Of a stretch of DNA of 34,404 bases, positions 30,601-34,404 are shown in pieces (the stretch's first letter is position 1; each line of letters starts with the position of its first letter). The stretch is from Azolla caroliniana (lineage: Eukaryota > Plantae > Polypodiophyta): assembly GCA_043228905.1 (NCBI GenBank), contig JBHGNT010000329.1:1-34404 (forward strand). The letters are read 5' to 3'. The notes beneath the pieces are model-generated. The model had not been told where the DNA came from, made no database searches, and was given only the letters and a program-made list of their open reading frames with translations. The position numbers and the translations under genes were made by a program.

Positions 30601-33600
30601 TCGCATGTTTCAACACAAAAAACCAATATCACACGACCCAGGTATGAATATTTTCATTTACTCACGTGCTCCTATCTTCGCCTTCCTAATTGTTGATTTC
30701 TTCTTCATGTCTCTCGCCCTGAGTTTCAAAATCACGATTTTTGAATTCTATATCAAACCTAACATCGTTAGCTTCGATTCGCAGGTTTTAACACAAAAAT
30801 CGGATATCACACGACCCAGGTATGAACGTTTGCATTTATTCGCACTCTGTTCTCCACGACGTCATCAACTTTGCTTTTTGCTTCATGTCTCTCGCCCTGA
30901 GTTTCAAAAACATATTTTTTCAAATCTATATCATACCTAACATCTTTAGCTTCGATTCGCATGTTACAACTCAAAAATCCGATATCACACGAGCCAGATA
31001 TGAACATTTTCATTTACTCACGCGCTCTTGTCTTCGCCTTCCTAATCTTTGATTTCTTCTTCATGTCTCTCGCCCTGAGTTTGAAAATCATGATTTTTGA
31101 ATTCTATATCAAACCTAACATCATTAGCTTCGATTTGCATGTTTCAACACAAAAATGCAATATCACACGTCCTAGGTATGAACATTTCCATTTACTCACA
31201 CTCTCTTCTCTACGTCATCCTGAACTTTGCTTTTTTTTTCATGTCTCTCACCCTATGTTTCAAAATCATGATTTTCAAACTCTATATTAAACCTAATATC
31301 GTTAGCTTCGATTCGCATGTTTCAACACAAAAATCCGATATTACATGACCGAGGTATGACCATTTTTTCATTTACTCGCGCTCTCATCTCCACATCGTCC
31401 TCAACTTTGGTTTTTTCTTCATGTCTCTCGCCCTGAGTTTCGAAATCATGATTTTCAAATTCAATATCAAACCTAACATCGTTAGCTTCGATTCGCATGT
31501 TTCAACACAAAAATCGGATATGACACGACCCAGGTATGAACATTTTCATTTATTCGCACTCTCTTCTCCATGTCGTCATCAACTTGGATTTTCCTTCATG
31601 TCTCTCGTCCTGAGTTTCAAAAACTTAAATTTTCAATTCTATATCATACCTAACATCGTTAGCTTCGATTCGCATGTTACAACACAAAAATCCGATATCA
31701 CACGAGCCAAATATGAACATTTTCATTTACTCACGCGTTCTTGTCTTCGCCTTCCTAATCTTTGATTTCTTCTTCATGTCTCTCGCCCTGAGTTTCAAAA
31801 TCACGATTTTTGAATTCTATATTAAACCTAACATCGTTAGCTTCGATTCGCAGGTTTTAGCATGATATCACACGAGCCAGGTATGAACATTTTCATTTAC
31901 TCGCGCTCTCTTCTGTACGTCGTCCTCAACTTTGCTTTTTTCTTCATGTCTCTCGCCCTGAATTTCAAAATCATGATTTTCAAAATCTACATCATACCTA
32001 ACATCGTTCGCTTCGATTCGCATGTTTGAACACAAAAATCCGATATCACACGAGCTGGGTATGAACATTTTCATTTACTCATGCTCTCTTCTCTACGTCG
32101 TCCTCAACTTTGCTTTTTTCTTCAATTCTCTCGCCTTGAGTTTCAAAATCATGATTTTTCAAATTCTATATCAAACCTAACATCGTTAGCTTCGATTCGC
32201 ATGTTTCAACACAAAAATCTCATACCACATGACCTAGCTATGAACATTTTTATTTACTGACGCGCTCTGGTCTTCGCCTTCCTAATATTTGCTTTTTTCA
32301 TCATGTTTCTCGCCTTCCGTTTCAAAATCATGATTTTTGAATTCTATAACATTTTCATTTACTCACGTGTTCTTATCTTCGCCTTCCTAATTGTTGCTTT
32401 TTTCTTCATGTCTATCGCCCTAAGTTTCAAAATCATGATTTTTGAATTCTATATCATACCTAACATCTTTAGCTTCGATATGCATGTTTGAACACAAAAA
32501 TCCGATATCACACAACCCAGGTATGAACATTTTCATTTACTCGCGCTCTTTTCTCCACGTCGTCGTCAACTTTGCTTTTTTCTTCATGTCTCTCGCCCTG
32601 AGTTTCAAAATCATGATTTTTCAATTCTATATCATACCTAACATTCTTAGCTTCGATTTGCATGTTTCAACACAGAAATCCGATATCACACGAACCAGGT
32701 ATGAACATTTGCATTTAGTCACGCTCTCTAGTCTACGTCCTCCTCAAGCTTGCTTTTTTCATCATGTCTCTCAACCCAGTTGTGAACATTTTTATTTACT
32801 CACGCGCTCTTGTCTACGTCCTCCTCAAGCTTGCTTTTTTCTTTATGTGTCTCTCCCTGGGTTTTAAATCATGATTTCTCAATTCTATATCATACCTAAC
32901 ATTGTTAGCTTCGATTTGCATGTTTCAATACAAAAATCCGATATCACACGTCCCAGGTATGAACATTTGCATTTACTCACACTCTCTTCTCTACGTCGTC
33001 CTCAACTTTGCTTTTTTCTTCATGTCTCTCGCCCTGAGTTTCAAAATCATGATTTTCAAACTCTATATGAAACCTAATATCGTTAGCTTTGATTCGCATG
33101 TTTCAACCCAAAAATGCGATATTACACGACCGAGGTATGAACATTTTCATTTACTCACGCTCTCATCTCAACATCGTTCTCAACTTTGCTTTTTTATTCA
33201 TGTCTCTCGCCCTGATTTTCAAATTCTCTGTCAAACCCGACATCGCTAGCTTCGATTCACATGTTTCAACACAAAAAACCAATATCACACGAGCCATGTA
33301 TGAAAATTTTTATTTACTCACGTGCTCTTATCTTCGCCTTCCTAATCGTTGCTTCTTTCTTCATGTCTCTCGCCCTGAGTTTCAAAATCATGATTTTCGA
33401 ATTCTTTGTCATACCTAACATCGTTAGCTTCGATTCGCATGTTTCTACACAAAAATCCGATATCACACGACCCAGCTATGAACATTTTCATTTACTCACG
33501 GTCTCTTCTCTACTCCATCCTCAACTTTGCTATTTTGTTCATGTCTCTCACCCTGAGTTTGAAAATCATGATTTTCAAATTCTATATCAAATCAAACATT

Positions 33601-34404
33601 GTTAGCTTCGATTCGCATGTTTTAACACGATATCACACGAGCTAGGTATGAACATTTTTATTAACTCTTGTCTACGTCCTCCTCCAGCTTGCTTTTTTCT
33701 TCACGTCTCTCGCCCTGAGTTTCGAAATCATGATTTTCAAATTCTATATCAAACCTAACATTGTTTGCTTCGATTCGCATGTTTCAACACAAAAATCCGA
33801 TATCATACGACCCAGGTATGAACATTTTCATTTATTCACACTCTCTTGTCCACGTCGTCATCAACTTTGCTTTTTCCTTCATGATTTTTCAATTCTATAT
33901 CATACCTAACATTCTTAGCTTCGATTTGCATGTTTCAACACAGAAATCCGATATCACACGAACCAGGTATGAACATTTGCATTTACTAACGGGCTCTAGT
34001 CTATGTCCTCCTCAAGCTTGCTTTTTTCTTCATGTCTCTCGCCCTTAGTTTCAAAACCATGATTTTCAAATTCTATATCAAGCGTAACATTGTTAGCTTC
34101 GATTCACATGTTTCAACACAAAAATACGATATGACAGAACCCAGCTATGAACATTTTTATTTACTCACGCGCTCTTGTCTACGTCCTCCTCAAGCTTGCT
34201 TTTTTCTTTATGTGTCTCTCCCTGGGTTTAAAATCATGATTTCTCAATTCTATATCATACCTAACATTGTTAGCTTCGATTTGAATGTTTCAAGACTAAA
34301 ATCCGATATCACACGACCCAGCTATGAACATTTTCATTTACTCACGGTCTCTTCTCTACGTCATCCTCAACTTTGCTATTTTGTTCATGTCTCTTGCCCT
34401 GAGT
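21633..34404. repeat. 178-bp satellite, subtype C (diverged, many deletions and block duplications)
   Basis: Diagnostic CCTAACATCGTTAGC, AAAATCATGATTTT, TCGCCCTGAG and GCATGTTTCAAC. Confidence 0.96.

Noticed and set aside
594-34048. Numerous 60-220 aa ORFs in the satellite
   Set aside because: They are translations of a 178-bp unit (not a multiple of 3), with frames shifting each monomer and no recognisable domains.

Overview
Eukaryotic, most likely land-plant, centromeric or pericentromeric-type DNA. About 21 kb is a 178-bp tandem satellite in three subtypes: A 1-4122 (homogeneous, higher-order repeats), B 5262-21632 (interrupted) and C 21633-34404 (more diverged). Three insertions break it at nearly the same monomer phase. 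(1) A 1.1-kb pyrimidine-rich island (4123-5261) has a TATA box, a minimal type I hammerhead ribozyme with a palindromic stem III and a degenerate CCCTAAA/CCCTAA telomeric tract, suggesting a Penelope-like or retrozyme-like non-autonomous element. (2) A young, intact Ty3/Gypsy chromovirus (9384-15137, minus strand, TSD AGATT) has a Tf1-type self-priming PBS and a -1 frameshift slippery site plus pseudoknot between gag and pol. (3) A non-chromovirus Ty3/Gypsy element (15156-21516, minus strand, TSD TGAAC) has lost PR-RT-RNaseH and apparently its 5' LTR, but keeps gag, a C-terminal integrase part and an intact ~1000-aa extra coiled-coil ORF with a candidate own promoter. The many short ORFs in the satellite look spurious. 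All calls come from reading the sequence; no searches were run.
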